From Perkinsus olseni (lineage: Eukaryota), in contig JABANN010000347.1 in assembly GCA_013115125.1 (NCBI GenBank), positions 1-36,671 of the forward strand: DNA of 36,671 nt. The letters are read 5' to 3'. Below the pieces are notes generated by a model, which searched no databases, was not told the DNA's origin, and worked only from the letters and a program-made list of their open reading frames with translations. Both the position numbers and the translations under genes were made by a program. Below, piece after piece: positions 21,705 to 35,173 of this stretch (position 1 is the stretch's first letter; each line of letters begins with the position of its first letter).

Positions 21705-23669
21705 ATGAGAATATTCATCCCCATCCTCGCCTCGGTCAGCACCTTGGTGTTCGGCGCCAAGGAGGAGGACAAGGTTTCCGGCCCTGTGGTTGGTATCGAT
21801 CTTGGTACCACCTACTCCTGCGTCGGGATCTACAAGAACGGTCGCGTTGAGATCATTCCCAACGACCAGGGCAACCGTATCACTCCGTCTTACGTCGCGT
21901 TCACTGATGAAGAGCGCCTCGTTGGTGAAGCCGCCAAGAACTACGTCGCCGTCGACCCTCAGAACACCGTCTTCGACGTTAAAAGGCTGATCGGCCGCCG
22001 TTACGCTGACAAGACTGTTCAGCGCGATAAGAAGCTCTTGCCCTTCAGCATTACCGACAAGGGTGGCAAGCCGATGATCGAAGTTGCTGTGAAAGGCCAG
22101 AAGAAGGTCTTGACTCCTGAGGAGATCTCTGCCATGGTTTTGACCAAGATGAAGGAGACCGCTGAGAACTACCTCGGTACTGAAGTCAAGAACGCCGTGA
22201 TCACTGTGCCCGCTTACTTCAACGATGGTCAGCGTCAGGCCACCAAGGACGCTGGCACCATTGCTGGCCTCAACGTCATGAGGATCATCAATGAGCCTAC
22301 TGCTGCCGCTATCGCTTATGGTCTCGATCAGAAGTCCGAGAAGAACATCCTGGTTTATGATTTGGGCGGCGGTACTTTCGATGTTTCCTTGTTGACGATC
22401 GACAACGGTGTCTTCGAGGTCGTGGCCACCTCCGGTGATACTCACTTGGGTGGTGAGGACTTTGACCAACGTGTCATGGACCACTTCATCAAGATTTTCC
22501 AAAAGAAGCACAAGAAGGATCTTCGCTCTGACAAGCGTGCCTTGGCCAAGCTCCGTAGAGAGGTCGAGAAGGCTAAAAGGGCCTTGTCATCCACTCATCA
22601 AGCTCGTGTTGAGATTGAAGGCATCATGGACGGCATCGACTTCTCTGAGACTCTCTCGAGGGCCCGCTTCGAGGAGCTGAACGCCGATCTGTTCAAGAAC
22701 ACCTTGACGCCCGTGAAGACGGTCTTGGATGACTCTGGCTTGTCGAAGAGTCAGATTGATGAGGTCGTGTTGGTCGGTGGGTCCACTCGTATTCCCAAGA
22801 TTCAGTCTTTGATCAAGGACTTCTTTGGTGGCAAGGAGCCCAACCGTGGTATCAACCCTGACGAGGCCGTGGCCTATGGTGCCGCCGTGCAGGGTGGTAT
22901 CTTGAAGGGTGAGGGCGGACAGGACCTTCTTCTGTTGGACGTTACCCCTCTGTCTCTCGGTATCGAGACTGTCGGAGGCGTCATGACCAAGATCATCAAC
23001 CGTAACACTGTTATTCCGACCAAGAAGTCTCAGGTCTTCTCGACCTACCAGGACAACCAGCCCGCTGTCAACATCCGGGTCTTCGAGGGTGAGCGCCCTA
23101 TGACCAAGGATAACCACGAGCTTGGTAATTTCGAGCTCACTGGAATCCCTCCTGCCCCTAGGGGTCAGCCGCAGATTGAAGTCACCTTCGAGATCGACGC
23201 CAATGGCATCATGAACGTTCAGGCAGTTGACAAGGGCACTGGCAAGAAGGAGCATGTGACGATTACCAATGACAAGGGCCGTCTGTCTGAGGAGCAGATC
23301 GAGCAGATGATTCGCGATGCTGAGAAGTTTGCTGATGAGGATAAGAAGACCAAGGAGAGGCTTGACGCTAAGAACGCCTACGATAACTACCTCCACTCGA
23401 TGCGCAGTGCTATCGAGGGTACTGGCGGTCAGCCTGGTCTTGGTGAGAAGATGGACGAAGAGGAGAAGGAGCAAGTCCTCGAGGCTGTTCAGGAGGGTGA
23501 GGACTGGATCTCCACCAATGGTGAGACTGCTGACGCCGAAGAGATCAAGGCCCAGCAGAAGGAGACTGAAGGGGTGTGTGGTCCTATCATCAGCAAGTAC
23601 TACCAGGCTGGTGGTGGTGGCGAGGACATGGATGAGGACGAGGATGATGATGCTCCTGATGAGCTCTAA
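21705..23669 (+). CDS. BiP: ER luminal Hsp70 (BiP/GRP78), intronless
   Basis: Signal peptide [65 protein letters not shown] and a C-terminal PDEL. The ATG at 21705 is preferred over the track start at 21591. Confidence 0.97.
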   Translation: MRIFIPILASVSTLVFGAKEEDKVSGPVVGIDLGTTYSCVGIYKNGRVEIIPNDQGNRITPSYVAFTDEERLVGEAAKNYVAVDPQNTVFDVKRLIGRRYADKTVQRDKKLLPFSITDKGGKPMIEVAVKGQKKVLTPEEISAMVLTKMKETAENYLGTEVKNAVITVPAYFNDGQRQATKDAGTIAGLNVMRIINEPTAAAIAYGLDQKSEKNILVYDLGGGTFDVSLLTIDNGVFEVVATSGDTHLGGEDFDQRVMDHFIKIFQKKHKKDLRSDKRALAKLRREVEKAKRALSSTHQARVEIEGIMDGIDFSETLSRARFEELNADLFKNTLTPVKTVLDDSGLSKSQIDEVVLVGGSTRIPKIQSLIKDFFGGKEPNRGINPDEAVAYGAAVQGGILKGEGGQDLLLLDVTPLSLGIETVGGVMTKIINRNTVIPTKKSQVFSTYQDNQPAVNIRVFEGERPMTKDNHELGNFELTGIPPAPRGQPQIEVTFEIDANGIMNVQAVDKGTGKKEHVTITNDKGRLSEEQIEQMIRDAEKFADEDKKTKERLDAKNAYDNYLHSMRSAIEGTGGQPGLGEKMDEEEKEQVLEAVQEGEDWISTNGETADAEEIKAQQKETEGVCGPIISKYYQAGGGGEDMDEDEDDDAPDEL

Positions 23670-23911
23670 GTTTTTCGATCTCTTTCATGTGGAGAGACCA
23701 ACAACTCCTGTCAATAGACACCACTGGTTGACAAACGGATAACGCTATTTTTACGACAATGAAGGTCTGTTGTGTTGTTATAGCGTTGCTGGAGGACAGA
23801 AACGGCTCCTGGACTTCTACCTGGACCGAACGGCCGAGGCCATTGGGCGTATGTTGCTGCCTTCCTCTGAATGAGCATAGAGTGGCCGAGTGGCCTTTGC
23901 GCTCTTTCAAA

Positions 23912-25419
23912 ATGCCGATGGCACATTCCACTGCCGTGCTAGCCGGAGGCTTTGCTTATCAGCGGGCGCTGGCTCTCGGTACAGGCGCGGGAGTTGAGAG
24001 GAAGCCAGGGTTCAAGGAGTGGAAGGGTCACATGAGACGCCACAGAGCGTATCTTAGTGTCATCGAGTCCTACCTTGCACGAGAGCTGCGGCACTTGCGG
24101 CTACGGCATCGCGAGGAAGCAAGGGTCGATCCCATGGCAACCGTTAGCCTGCTTTCTGATGATCATTTGCCAGACTTGGTTGCCACTGAGGGGGCTAGGA
24201 AGGCGAGTGGAGAACTGCAAGAGTAGGTCCTTTCGGAAAATCCCCCGCCACCGCTTCAACAGTCGCCAGCCGATGGTCTTTCAGACAGTTGTGCTGGGCG
24301 CCCGAGCCTCCGGTGTCGCTGCCTCCCATAACGAGAAGATCTGTTGGCAGCCCGAGACTGCCACTTCGAGCAGACACTGAGCTGGCGCATGATGCATTAG
24401 CTGGGCCGACCTTTGACAGTCTCGTAACCGCCAGCTTCGACATCCAGCTACCCGAGGGTCGTCCCGATTGGGAACATGCAACCAGTAGAACTCCGCGACT
24501 GGTGAAATGCACTCCTCGCCGACGCTGTCTTCGTAAGCCTAGCACTGCGCCGCCAGTGGGCACCACCATGATGGTCCTGCAGTCTGGAGACACTGGCTCG
24601 TCTGTCGGGACTGAGTGCTCCTTATTGGCTTATGCTAGCACTATGAGCGAGGGATGGGATACATCTTCCTTCTTTGCGGACCCCCCGCCAGTGCGAGCTC
24701 CCTCACGGCCGCGGTCGAAGAAAGTATCGCCGCGAAGGGTCAAGCGCAAGAAGAGCATTTCGGTGCAGACCGAGGCCGTCGAGACGACGGTCGATCCTCA
24801 CACGGTATGCGTTGCTGTGTTGGGGCGGGTGTACCGACGGGCATGGAAGGTGAGGCTCCGACGACAGCACCAGTAGTCGTGGAGTAGATAGCTGCCTTGC
24901 TCGGTTATTAATAGTTGTCGCGTTTGCTTCCCCTATTTAAACATGAGACGTATTGTCTTTCAGAACTTCTGTAGAGCACGAGAGCTCCAGGTGAGACGCA
25001 ACGAGGCAGCCGGGATCATCCAAAGGCGTTATCGGGCTTCGGTCCTGTCACGACGTCCACGGCACTTTCGAGGATATCCAAGGTCGCTGCGTGTCAACGA
25101 CGAAGTGGCTGCAAGAGTGATTCAGAAGCAGTTCAGATCGTACAGGATGTCACGAGCGGACCTCGTGACTCAAGTCGTCGCGAGTGCTCAGAACTTTGCC
25201 TTGGCTGCAGTGGAGAGGCGAGAGAGGGCTCGTTCTGAAGCGAGTGCAGCAGGGCGGGCTAAGGCTCAGCAGCATCGAGCGGAAACGACGCCGGCTCGGC
25301 AGCAACAAGTGGCAGTGCCGCAAACGTACACTACGGAGCACGAGATAGCAGCCACGAAGATACAAGGGTTTTTGATGAGGCGACGACGAACAAGTGGCTT
25401 TTGCCCATTTATTGAGTAG
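23912..25419 (+). CDS. IQ-motif (calmodulin-binding) protein, multi-exon; boundaries uncertain
   Basis: Three IQ-like motifs in 24943-25419: AAGIIQRRYRAS, AARVIQKQFRSYR and AATKIQGFLMRRR. Upstream same-strand ORFs at 23912-24226 and 24289-24876 are plausible exons. Confidence 0.55.
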
Positions 25420-25499
25420 CAGTTCATGCTATGCAGCTTGTCTTAGCCTGAAGGCCTGTGAGACCTCCTTGCCTCGAGTTCCAGTGGCGCAGGGGATTC

Positions 25500-28400
25500 C
25501 ATGCACTAGCACGAGTTGAACGAACGCTGGCACGTGCCGCACGGCTGGTGGGTGATAGACTGCAGTGCTTTTGATGCTGACCTCAGTAGCAGCATCGAAG
25601 CCGACACGGAAGAACGGAGCATCAACGCAGTCCTTCGCGATAAAGCGGGTAGAAACCCGCCATCACAAATCATCAGACTTCCACCTTTCGACCATATCCC
25701 TGAGCGGGCACGCGACTGAGCAAGTGTAGCCTGATCTCAGGCCTTCGAGCGCCGAGCTCACACACAACAGAGGGACGTTGATGGTAACACAGCACTCCAT
25801 TGGGCTTCATGGTACGAACCCTGTGCTACTACTGTTGGGGTTAGGCTCACGCTCAGGCATGGTAATCATGAAATAGTTCGAGAGATAGTGTCCAATCCAA
25901 TGACTTTTGCGTTGATTGCGGAGCCTAATGTCTACGATGAAACCCCAATGATGTGGGCCGCGAAGGTGGGTCCAGGAGAACAATCTCTCCGGGTCCTATT
26001 AATTCAGGCTTCTAACGCCGTCGGGGCTGGGATAATGATCGAAGCCATGACCCCCGCTTCGAGAGGGCGGGACAGCGCCGTCCAGGCCCTGCTCAATACT
26101 CACGACCAGGTGTGGGAGGGCGGAAACGTGCCGATTGACACGCCAGTGGCCCCATTCAGGATGGATTCACGCTGTTAATCGTCTGCGCCCAGTTCGATAA
26201 CGTGGCTATGATGGAGTGGCTCTGGCTAACTGGTGGCCTGTTCATTGATGAGAGAGATAACCTGGGCCGAACGGCGCTGCATTGGGCTGCGTGCAAGGTG
26301 TGTTAATCAGGGGCAGCCGAGCGATACGGGCACGGCGACCCTGTGTTCCACTTTCAACAGACTCTGTTGAGAGTATATGACAGCCTGTTGAACAGACTTT
26401 CGCGGAGTACGAGGACTCCCATCTTAGGGTCATCGGAAGTCCATCCAGTGGCTGCTGTCTCGCGGTGCTTCGCTAACTGAGCGTGATGAAGAGGGTATCA
26501 CCCCATTACACCTAGCTTCTATGCAGGGACATACTATGGTCAGTAGGAGCCTGTATGTCGATCGAACCGCGTAGCATGTTCTGTCGAGAAGCCCTGACTA
26601 TGTGCTTGCGGGCGTTGCCAACTGCGATATGATCCCTGATTCACCCCTGATGCCTTAAGAATCGTCAGGTTATCGACACACTGATCGACGTCGGTGGCGT
26701 CTACCTGTTGGACGAGCCGGCAGATAACGGTGACTCGCCGATGACTTTGGCCAGGCGAAATGGCTTCCAATGGATCTACTTGTGCATGCAGGTGATGGCC
26801 TCTGCATCTCGCTAGTACTGTGGACCTACCCCGTCGAGCTCACGTTCCATCCTTGGCTCCTCTCTACTTCAGAAGGCGCGTCTTTGTAACGCCCTCTTTG
26901 GCCGACCGTATCTCTCACATAACGACCATGCGAACATGTCAGTCCCTAACTGGTCATGCTTCCTCCCATCGTTGCCATGCAGGTTCGTCATGGCCTTCAT
27001 TCTCGACTTCATTTTCTTCGCCTTCATACTTTGGCCATGGCTCAACAATGATCCTTGGGATGCCCTATGGCTTCATATAGAAGCTCTGTGCTTAGTCCTC
27101 ACCATTACTCTCTGGGCTGTGACTTGTTACAGCGACCCCGGTAGGTTGAGCGCATAAGCGGAACAGCAGGAGCCGTAGAGATGACAGCCTTCCGTGAATG
27201 TGGCCGCAGAGAAGATTCTGAGGTTTCAGCTCAGGCTGGCTTGCTGAGTACGCCTTGCCGTCACAGGCCGACGCTTGTCGAGAGTTCGTTGGTGTTGCGA
27301 GCGGCTGGACCCGGGTAGCGGAGGCCAGCACTCCTGCCAGCCCTCACGCTATTCCTACAGATACCTTCGTCTATGGACTGTGAAGAAGCGCTTGTCCCAG
27401 CAGCTCCAGGGTCCAACAATGAAGCTTCTCGAGTTGCAAAGGCGACGTGATCTGCATCAGCTGAGCTCGCCTCCTTCGTTCAGGGGGCTTTGGAATTGAC
27501 ACAGCGAGCCATCTACAGTCGGGCTTCGTCGGCGAACAGTCGTCTGGTCAACGGCACTGAGGCCAGAGGTATTCCGTCAGATGCCTTTGAGCTCCATCCG
27601 TCCAAAGCTTCGAGGCTCGATGTCGGGTTCTTGCAAGGGGAGAGTATTGTGTCAGACAGAGCTTTCGGCAACCTCTGTGATGAGGATCCTGATGCCGCCG
27701 CCGGTCTTCCCGGCCGGCTTATCAGCTCTAAGCTTGCGAAGTTACGTATAGGGGAGGTATCCGAGTCGTACTACCGCTCCCTGTGCGAGGGCCGTTTTAA
27801 GCAGGTACGTTCTTGCAGCAGTTTGGGCTACTACAACTGGATCCAATCGCCCTCAGGTTTGCGTTATCTGTCGGGTTGTTCATACTCTGCGGTCACGACA
27901 TTGCAAAGAATGCCGGCGCTGTGTCGACCGGCTTGACCATCACTGCCCGTGGATAGACAACTGTGTTGGGATCCGAAATCAGAGAAGTTTCTACCTCTTT
28001 CTTCTGGTAACCTGTGCCCAGTCTCTTTCTCAAAGCACGTACGATCGTATCTTTCTCGGGTCAGGTATTGTTAGCGGGATTGGTGATCACGTACTATTTG
28101 GTATTTCGTTTCGTGTCCACTGTTACCCTCCAAGCTACACCCACATCGAAGCTCGAAGTCGACATCGTGACTGCTGCCGTGGTGAGACTCTCCCTCCCCT
28201 CGCTCAGTGTCTGGGTTATCCTTATGCCGTTGTTTTGGGAATTTTTCCGATCAGTTGCTCTTAGCAGCCGCCAACTTGCTGTGGGCAGGATTTGTCACAA
28301 CTCTTCTTATCAGACAAACTTGCTTCATGCTGCTCAATTTGACCACTGCTGAAGTAGGTGAGGGTCAGTCATTGATGATTTGTTATGGGAAGCAAGGCAG

Positions 28401-29018
28401 CGCGAATATACTGAGTCCTAGGAGCTCACGAAATCGATAATCTCAGATCATGCTTTCCTGTTCAGTTGTGCGTCAGTTTACAGTACAATTCAGTTTCCGA
28501 TTCGGTTCGACTTTTTTTGATGTCCTTAGCTTGCGGGCCCGCCCCGAATGGCCGGTATACAGTGTTTTCTTAAGGGAGCTCACACGGACTGCATGAGGAG
28601 CTTCTTCGATTCAGGTCATCACAAGACCCTCGTACGTTCGGAGAAGGTTCCCCGCGGAAAGTTGGAAATACTGGTAAGTGGATTCATGCGAATAATGCAG
28701 GTATCCAAGGCTCGTTCCAGTCCATGATTGACAGCTTACAGGTACTTGGAAGGGTTTTGCTCCCTGAGGGCTCCCCTTGATGTCATGAGAAGAGTTAAGG
28801 CCTTTTGGACTCTTCGCGACGACGGTCAGGACGACCGTGTAAGTAGCTTGCGCTTGGCATGCAACTGTGGGATCCGGCCTGGTCGGCGCGGGGGGAGTGA
28901 AACGCGCCTATCGGGTTGTCGCGTCTTTTCCCCTGCGCGAATCCCACCCTTGTCCGTCCAAGCATTCTCCCTCAAGTAGGACTTCAACGTGTCAAGAGAG
29001 ACTACTACCATGCCGTGA
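25500..29018 (+). CDS. Ankyrin-repeat DHHC palmitoyltransferase (AKR1/ZDHHC17-like), multi-exon
   Basis: Ankyrin repeats [36 protein letters not shown] and [11 protein letters not shown] segments; [44 protein letters not shown] with DHHC at 27935-27946; NLTTAE (TTxE motif). The start codon was not resolved and the last exon is tentative. Confidence 0.9.
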
Positions 29019-30260
29019 ACTTCGGTTGAAACATGCTCAACGATGGGATCGATTATTTCTGTACAGTTAATCCCGTTTTGCTTTGTCTTGCGGGAGCGCG
29101 CCTGATAATACTGCAAGCTGGGGAGCAGGGTTGCGGATAGCTGATTCTGGAGGTTATCAAAAATAGGAAACGCGTTCAAGAGAATGGCATAGGTTTTGAA
29201 GGCGCACTAGCTATTCGAAGGGCATCCGACTCGGTGGCAGTGTGAAGGCACGCGATGGTGTGAGTTGTATCAATACTTCGTCAGAAGGTAGTGCCTTGTG
29301 ATCGCAGAATAGAGTAATTATCGATCGAACATCATCAGTTCAGAGGGAGATGCCAAGGCCAACCGGGTCGTTGTGATCCAGCTAACACAGTAACCAGATA
29401 TGAGAAAAGTCAATCTCAATCGATTATCCAATCTTGATGAATCATCCAAGTTGAGTGACAGATCGCTTGAGCCTTGCAGTGGACAGTATCACAATGCATT
29501 GCATGGGGAGCGACGGCCGACTCGACAACGGTCGCTCAACGGTAACGTTCTCGGGTCTAGAACACTTTCGGCAACGTTTCTAGAGAAGTTCGAGACTAGT
29601 TTGTAGGATCGGTTCGGAATCTTCCTATTGGTCTATTGAGCGACCGGAACATTCCCCGATCGTACCATTGCAACGCTCGAAGGGAACGCTCAGCGTTGCT
29701 ATTTCTGCGCCAACGGAAGCTTTTTCGGGCGACAGCTACTGCGACTGCGCACTTTCCTGTTATGTCTCCCGAGGGGAGGAGGACCATGCCCGGGTATAAA
29801 TGGATGACACCCATTCAGAATGGGGCCATTGACGCTCTCCCATTGATGCGAGAATGATTGTTCTCGTATCAATGGTGCTCGTCCGTCGGCTCGTCCTCAG
29901 GATCCGTTAGTTTGAGAGCCGATTCTTCCTCATATTTTTCCTGTAGTCGAGTCTGTCGGCAACATCGTTCTGATCGGTCTGATTGGGGAGCAATCACTGA
30001 TCTCTCTCACCTTTTCGTCAAATGCTCAAAAACTGACGGTTGGGCACTCGAGAGGAAGCCAACTCTGCCGAATCGGAATCCACGCCTCGACTACAGGCCC
30101 TGGAGTAAGCTCTGAAGTTCCACGGGACATGGAACCGCTGCACCGCAGTGGGGAACGTAAGACACTGTCGTAATGTCTTAAAGGCAGTTTATCGGTGATC
30201 AGAGCTTTTCGATTTCTCAAGGTTCTACTCCTGGCAGAGGTTTTTTTCCATCGCACGATC

Positions 30261-31472
30261 ATGTCGCTGTTCGTTTTCTCCCTGTCCGTCCTGAACCTTG
30301 CACTGGCCCGTGTGTTGACCTTGCCGTTCCACAGTGAATACGGTCACATCGTCCTCGTCCTCGACGGTCACCCCATATCTTTGTTGGCCGATTCTGGTTC
30401 TGCGAGGTTCTTCGTTGTCTATGGGGGATGGTTCGAGAGGCAGTATGGTCGGGGTAGCTGCAGGAGACACAACATGACTTGTTACTTCTGTCCTGTAGAG
30501 GCTCCTTGTGACGATATCGAACAACGTGACAGAATTACGGTTGGATACGCTGAAGGCCTGGATGTTTACCAGTACATCCAACATAGCGGGGTATTAGACC
30601 TCGGACAGTCAACAGTGAACGTCACTTTTGGTCTGGTCGTGAATTACACTTCCAACTACAACGTGTCGCCCATTCCGACTCTCGGGCTCTCCTTCGGTCG
30701 AGCAGATATCCCTAAGACTTTCTTGCAGCAGCTGAATGACCTGGAGGTTATCGACACTCTATCTTACTCCATTCATTTTGAAAGGTTCTGTCCTTATGAA
30801 AAAGGGAAACTCATCGTTGGTGGCGTCGGGAGCAAGGGCCAAGATACTATTCGTCTGCCTCTCAGTATGCCTCCCGAGCTGAAGCGTCGACTTTACGTGC
30901 CCATCGCCTCGGTGGGGATTGTTGAACGTCAAGAGGTGGAAGCGAGCCTCTCTGGAGACGGATCGAGGAAGATAATTCGGTTTTCACTGCAAGACAGGGT
31001 TGCCCTATTCGATACTGGCAACATGGGTATCGACTTGCCCTACATGGTGATGTCCGCTCTGATCGAAGAATTGGAGGCTGGTGTTAGCACACTAGCGAAC
31101 TCGCGCACTCTTAGGGTTGAAAACATCATGTGGTGGGAGGTCGATCGTCCGATGGTCTGGGTGATACGACCGAACCACGTGAGGTTTCTGCCCACAATAG
31201 TCTATTCGCTGGTTGGAGAAGGGAATGAGACTGTGGATATTAGAATATCCCCGGAGCATTACGTCGGGACCTGTAGTTATGACGAATGCATGGTTTATCT
31301 CCATGCCAGTAACGCTACAGAGCTAGTGGTGGGCGAGCCGTTTTTTCGCGCTTATGATGCACATGTTGATCTCGAAGGAGAGATCATCTCCGTCAAACCA
31401 CAGCCGTCGAGGCCGGCCGCTCACTTGAGAGTTGGCCATGACCCGCGAAGACTCATGCTCCCCAGCGTATGA
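30261..31472 (+). CDS. Secreted A1 (pepsin-like) aspartic protease, copy 1, intronless
   Basis: Signal peptide MSLFVFSLSVLNLALA, catalytic LLADSGS and ALFDTGN, flap Tyr (VGYA), TLGLS, and VVGEPFFRAYDAHVD. Confidence 0.9.
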   Translation: MSLFVFSLSVLNLALARVLTLPFHSEYGHIVLVLDGHPISLLADSGSARFFVVYGGWFERQYGRGSCRRHNMTCYFCPVEAPCDDIEQRDRITVGYAEGLDVYQYIQHSGVLDLGQSTVNVTFGLVVNYTSNYNVSPIPTLGLSFGRADIPKTFLQQLNDLEVIDTLSYSIHFERFCPYEKGKLIVGGVGSKGQDTIRLPLSMPPELKRRLYVPIASVGIVERQEVEASLSGDGSRKIIRFSLQDRVALFDTGNMGIDLPYMVMSALIEELEAGVSTLANSRTLRVENIMWWEVDRPMVWVIRPNHVRFLPTIVYSLVGEGNETVDIRISPEHYVGTCSYDECMVYLHASNATELVVGEPFFRAYDAHVDLEGEIISVKPQPSRPAAHLRVGHDPRRLMLPSV

Positions 31473-31890
31473 CAGTTGTATTAACATCTTTGATACCATG
31501 TCGGGTGTGATTTTGTTCAACGACAGCTGTCCCGTTCCTAGCGGTTCCCAATTTATAGTAAGTGTGTGATAGTAGAAGCGTATTCGCCGAGCGAGTGCAT
31601 CAGTGTGTGACTAACGCTCGTCCGTCACTGAGTACTCTGTAGTAGCCGTATGGATCCAGAAGTCCTAGCGTGTAGCGTTCTGGCGAAGCTCGTAGTTGTT
31701 CACGATAGTGGTAGGGAAGATCGAGTTAACTGTTGGGTCCCATGGCTCGATCACCAGGGCACTCGTTCGCCGGTTTCTGGCTTTTATGCAGAATTGTCGA
31801 CTCCGTTTTCCCGTCGTCAGCTTCATGCTCGCTTCTCGATTGTGTATGATTTCCAGCCTAGGTCTCATGAGGTTTCGTTCGGGCCTTGAG

Positions 31891-31981
31891 TCTGCGAGGT
31901 TCTTCGTTGTTTATGGGAATGGTTTGCGAGGCAGCATGATGGTGGTAGCCGTAGGAGACAAAAAATGACTTGTTACCCCTG
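31891..31981 (+). pseudogene. Aspartic protease gene remnant
   Basis: tctgcgaggttcttcgttgtttatgggaatgg...atgacttgttac aligns to the SARFFVVYGGW...MTCY segment of the three intact copies, with frameshifting indels. Confidence 0.8.
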
Positions 31982-33064
31982 CGGGAGCTCAATATTTTTT
32001 TTATTGCCTGGGCGTTACAAGCTCAAAGCTTATCGCCCATCACACGACCCGCGCAAGCAGATCCCGCTATGGTTAGACCCAACCATAGAGCCTTAAAACA
32101 ACAGAGGAAGATCAATCTTTCATCATCAGCTCGGAGGTTCTTGAGAGGGGCTTCGGCGCAACCACGTCGTGCAGCCAGGCAGGCCGGTGACTGAGGCATG
32201 CCACACTGGGCAGCCTACTAGGCATGAGGGAGAAAAAAGGTGAGGAGAGGATCAAGACAGTTGTTGGTCATGGGATCACTTGATTCAAGTGAGCCCATGA
32301 TCAACAACTACAATTGCAGAAACCTAGATGCTTAGATGGTGAGAGGATTTGCAGTAAGGGAGGGCCCAACCAATACCGAGTCACCAGCAAGGGGACGTAT
32401 GGATATGGCAGGTTCGATCTCTACTTCATACCGGGAAAACCCCGGCCACCCTCACGCGACGTTGACGCGTAGAGACCTGTGAGGGGGAGCTCAATATGAT
32501 GATATCGAATGACTCGAGGGGTTCCCGGTAGCATGGTATCGCGCTCTGGATATCTACCACTATGTACAACAGGCCCAGATGCGAAATCTCCGGCATTCGT
32601 CAGTCTTCTGGCTCTTCTCTTCAAGGCGGAGTCTGGCGTTGTCCTCAACGCGATCGTCGACCGACCAAATATCGCCACGTCTTTCGGTAGAAGCTGAAAG
32701 GTTCTGGCGCTACTGAGACACTATCTCACATCATTCATTGCGAAAAAGTCGGAAATGACAAAACAGGTTGCCTGGTCTTCGCTGATGGGGTGAGAAAGTT
32801 CTCAAGTTACGGTCCATCACCTTATCGGGAGTTTTTCAGTCACTTCGGTGTTCAATTCTTCACGGTGGTGTTCCTCGGTGCCATAGGGTGGGGGTTCGAG
32901 TGAGAGCCTCTCACTGAGAGGTGATGCGTGTGTGGCGTGAGAGATTGTTGCATAGTGGCTTGTAGAGGTGATGGAATCCAGAATGGCGAGGACCGGAGTC
33001 ATTCGCCAAAGGGGCTTACAGAACTCCTCGGCTCCCCTAGACCGGTTGCTAACTATTCAACATC

Positions 33065-33136
33065 GGCTGTGTGGTCTAGTGGTATGATTCTCGCTTAGGG
33101 TGCGAGAGGTCCCGAGTTCAATTCTCGGCACAGCCC
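33065..33136 (+). tRNA. tRNA-Pro (AGG)
   Basis: 72-nt cloverleaf: acceptor stem GGCTGTG/CACAGCC, A box TGGTCTAGTGG, anticodon arm CTCGC-TTAGGGT-GCGAG, T arm CCGAG-TTCAATT-CTCGG. Confidence 0.97.
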
Positions 33137-33940
33137 TATCGTACCTCGAATCATTCGTTGTCGAGGTACGTCCTGATAGAGCTGCCTCATGTACGCGACA
33201 GTTTGGAGTTCCATGAGCTTAACTGTTGGCATGTTAGTACCGCTAGGAGTAGTTCCCAGCGGCGCCTCCGTGAGGCTCGAGAGGTCCTCAAGCGATAAGC
33301 AGTCTGGTGTTGAATCTATCGATCTATCAAATAAACTGGCTGCAGCGGCAATGAGCCGGTCGTTACAAACGCAACCCGCTACTAGACTAGCAAAACAAGA
33401 CTGGGACTAATCAATACTTAAGAGTGTTAGCGCGTGCTCGACGCTAGTCAAAGCTGACTCACGGCTCATGAATGAGCACAGCACCAAGTGAATTGTCCAG
33501 CCTTACTTTCGAACCCCACAGATATCTAGGCGAGCGAGACTTTAGTTGCGCCCTACTAGGCTCCCGGGCGAGCGCCATCGCTACTGCGCAACTTCTAGGG
33601 CAACGTTTCGGAGATCAATCAGGCCGTGGATAACCGTATCTTCTCGCGTTCTCGCAATGGGTGCTGTTAGAGCCGTGTAAGGAAGCCTGGCGGACTGCTC
33701 TCGGTCCAGCCACCCTTCTGGCGGGCACCCGTCCTGTCGACCGCGACCATGATGGACTTCAGTCCTTCGTGCCGTGTATCCAACAGAAGGTTTGCCAGTC
33801 TAGCAATCTGCGTTCCTTTTCCTTAGAGGAAGACGTAGCAGATACTTGCTTGGATGGCAGGTTGAGGTTGCGAGTGGTGTGTAAGACGGATTGTAATGCA
33901 GAACACGTGCTATTTTCAGACTTGCTTTCTTCTCTTTGCC

Positions 33941-35173
33941 ATGATGTACCTGTTCGCTACATCACTGTTTACACCAGTACTGGCTTGGTCTCATGAGCTG
34001 TCGTTCCCTCTGCCGGGTAGACCACCCGCAGACAACCGCGTCGCACTCGTCCTCGACGGTCAGCCCATATCTTTGCTGGCCGATTCTGGCTCTGCGAGGT
34101 TCTTCGTTGTCTATGGCGGATGGTTCGAGAGGCAGTATGGTCGTGGTAGCTGCAGGAGGCACAGCATGACTTGTTACTTCTGTCCTGTGGAGGCTCCCTG
34201 TGACGATATCGAACAACGCGAGAGGTTTGGTGTGAGGTACGGAGGAGGGAGCATCTTCTACCAATACGGTTCATTGGACCTCGGTAAATCAACGGTACGA
34301 GTCACTTTTGGCCTCATAGTTGATCACGGCGACGCGAACGGTTTCGCTCCCGACGGTGTTCTCGGACTCTCCTTCGGCCGTCCAGGTATCCCCAAGACTT
34401 TTCTGCAGCAGCTGAAGGGCTCGAAAGTTATACACGCGCTCGCCTACTCCCTCGACTTCAGGCAATATCAGAGTGGCGGCAAGCTTGTCCTTGGTGATTC
34501 GGGAAGCCAGTCTAAATATACGGTTCATCTTCCTTTTACTCGCCTCCCAGGAGCACATCCCAAGCTCTTCGTCCCCGTCACCTCCGTTAGAATCGCGAAG
34601 AAGCTCATCTCAGGACGAAAAGCTTTCGGAAGGGTCTCTGAGAGAGTCGCTCCAATTTCGCTCAATCACACAGTAGTTTTCATGGACACCGGCAACGCCT
34701 ACCTCGGAATGCCTCGAGCCATTTTCGATATCCTGGTCGAAGACTTGAAAGTAAGCGCTGACGCAGCCTCTCCGGCTGGTAGAACAGGCGAGGGACTGTG
34801 GAGATCTGCGGAGGAACCGGTGTGGATGATCCGGTCTGGTCATGTGAAGTTTCTGCCTACCATTATCTACTCGCTGGTTGGAGTAGGGGGCGAGATGGTT
34901 GATGTCAAGATGCTGCCAGAGGACTATGTCGGGTCGTGTACTGTAACTGAATGCAAGGTTTATATTAACCTTCAGGACGGGGCACTGGTCACGTTTGGGA
35001 GACCGTTCTTTCGAGCCTATCACGCCCACGTTGATCTCGAGAAGCAGAGCATGGCAATCACTCGACATTCACGAGGTAAAAAGTTCCCGGGAAGGGTCAA
35101 GGATAGGTCCCATAGGAAGACTGTTGCTCGCCGCTTCATTCGCGGCCTGCTGGGCTGTGTTAGAAAAGAGTGA
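33941..35173 (+). CDS. Secreted A1 aspartic protease, copy 2, intronless
   Basis: Signal-like MMYLFATSLFTPVLA, LLADSGS, VRYGGGS flap, DGVLGLS, VFMDTGN, TFGRPFFRAY. An alternative in-frame ATG lies at 33896. Confidence 0.88.
   Translation: MMYLFATSLFTPVLAWSHELSFPLPGRPPADNRVALVLDGQPISLLADSGSARFFVVYGGWFERQYGRGSCRRHSMTCYFCPVEAPCDDIEQRERFGVRYGGGSIFYQYGSLDLGKSTVRVTFGLIVDHGDANGFAPDGVLGLSFGRPGIPKTFLQQLKGSKVIHALAYSLDFRQYQSGGKLVLGDSGSQSKYTVHLPFTRLPGAHPKLFVPVTSVRIAKKLISGRKAFGRVSERVAPISLNHTVVFMDTGNAYLGMPRAIFDILVEDLKVSADAASPAGRTGEGLWRSAEEPVWMIRSGHVKFLPTIIYSLVGVGGEMVDVKMLPEDYVGSCTVTECKVYINLQDGALVTFGRPFFRAYHAHVDLEKQSMAITRHSRGKKFPGRVKDRSHRKTVARRFIRGLLGCVRKE

Noticed and set aside
21663-23474. Long minus-strand ORFs (282 and 295 aa) opposite BiP
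   Set aside because: These are antisense shadow ORFs typical of codon-biased Hsp70 genes, with no independent motifs.
32000-33002. Possible small spliced minus-strand gene between protease 1 and the tRNA (similar short ORFs at 29600-30160 and 1300-1800)
   Set aside because: No recognisable motifs, and no consistent exon chain could be built without transcript data.
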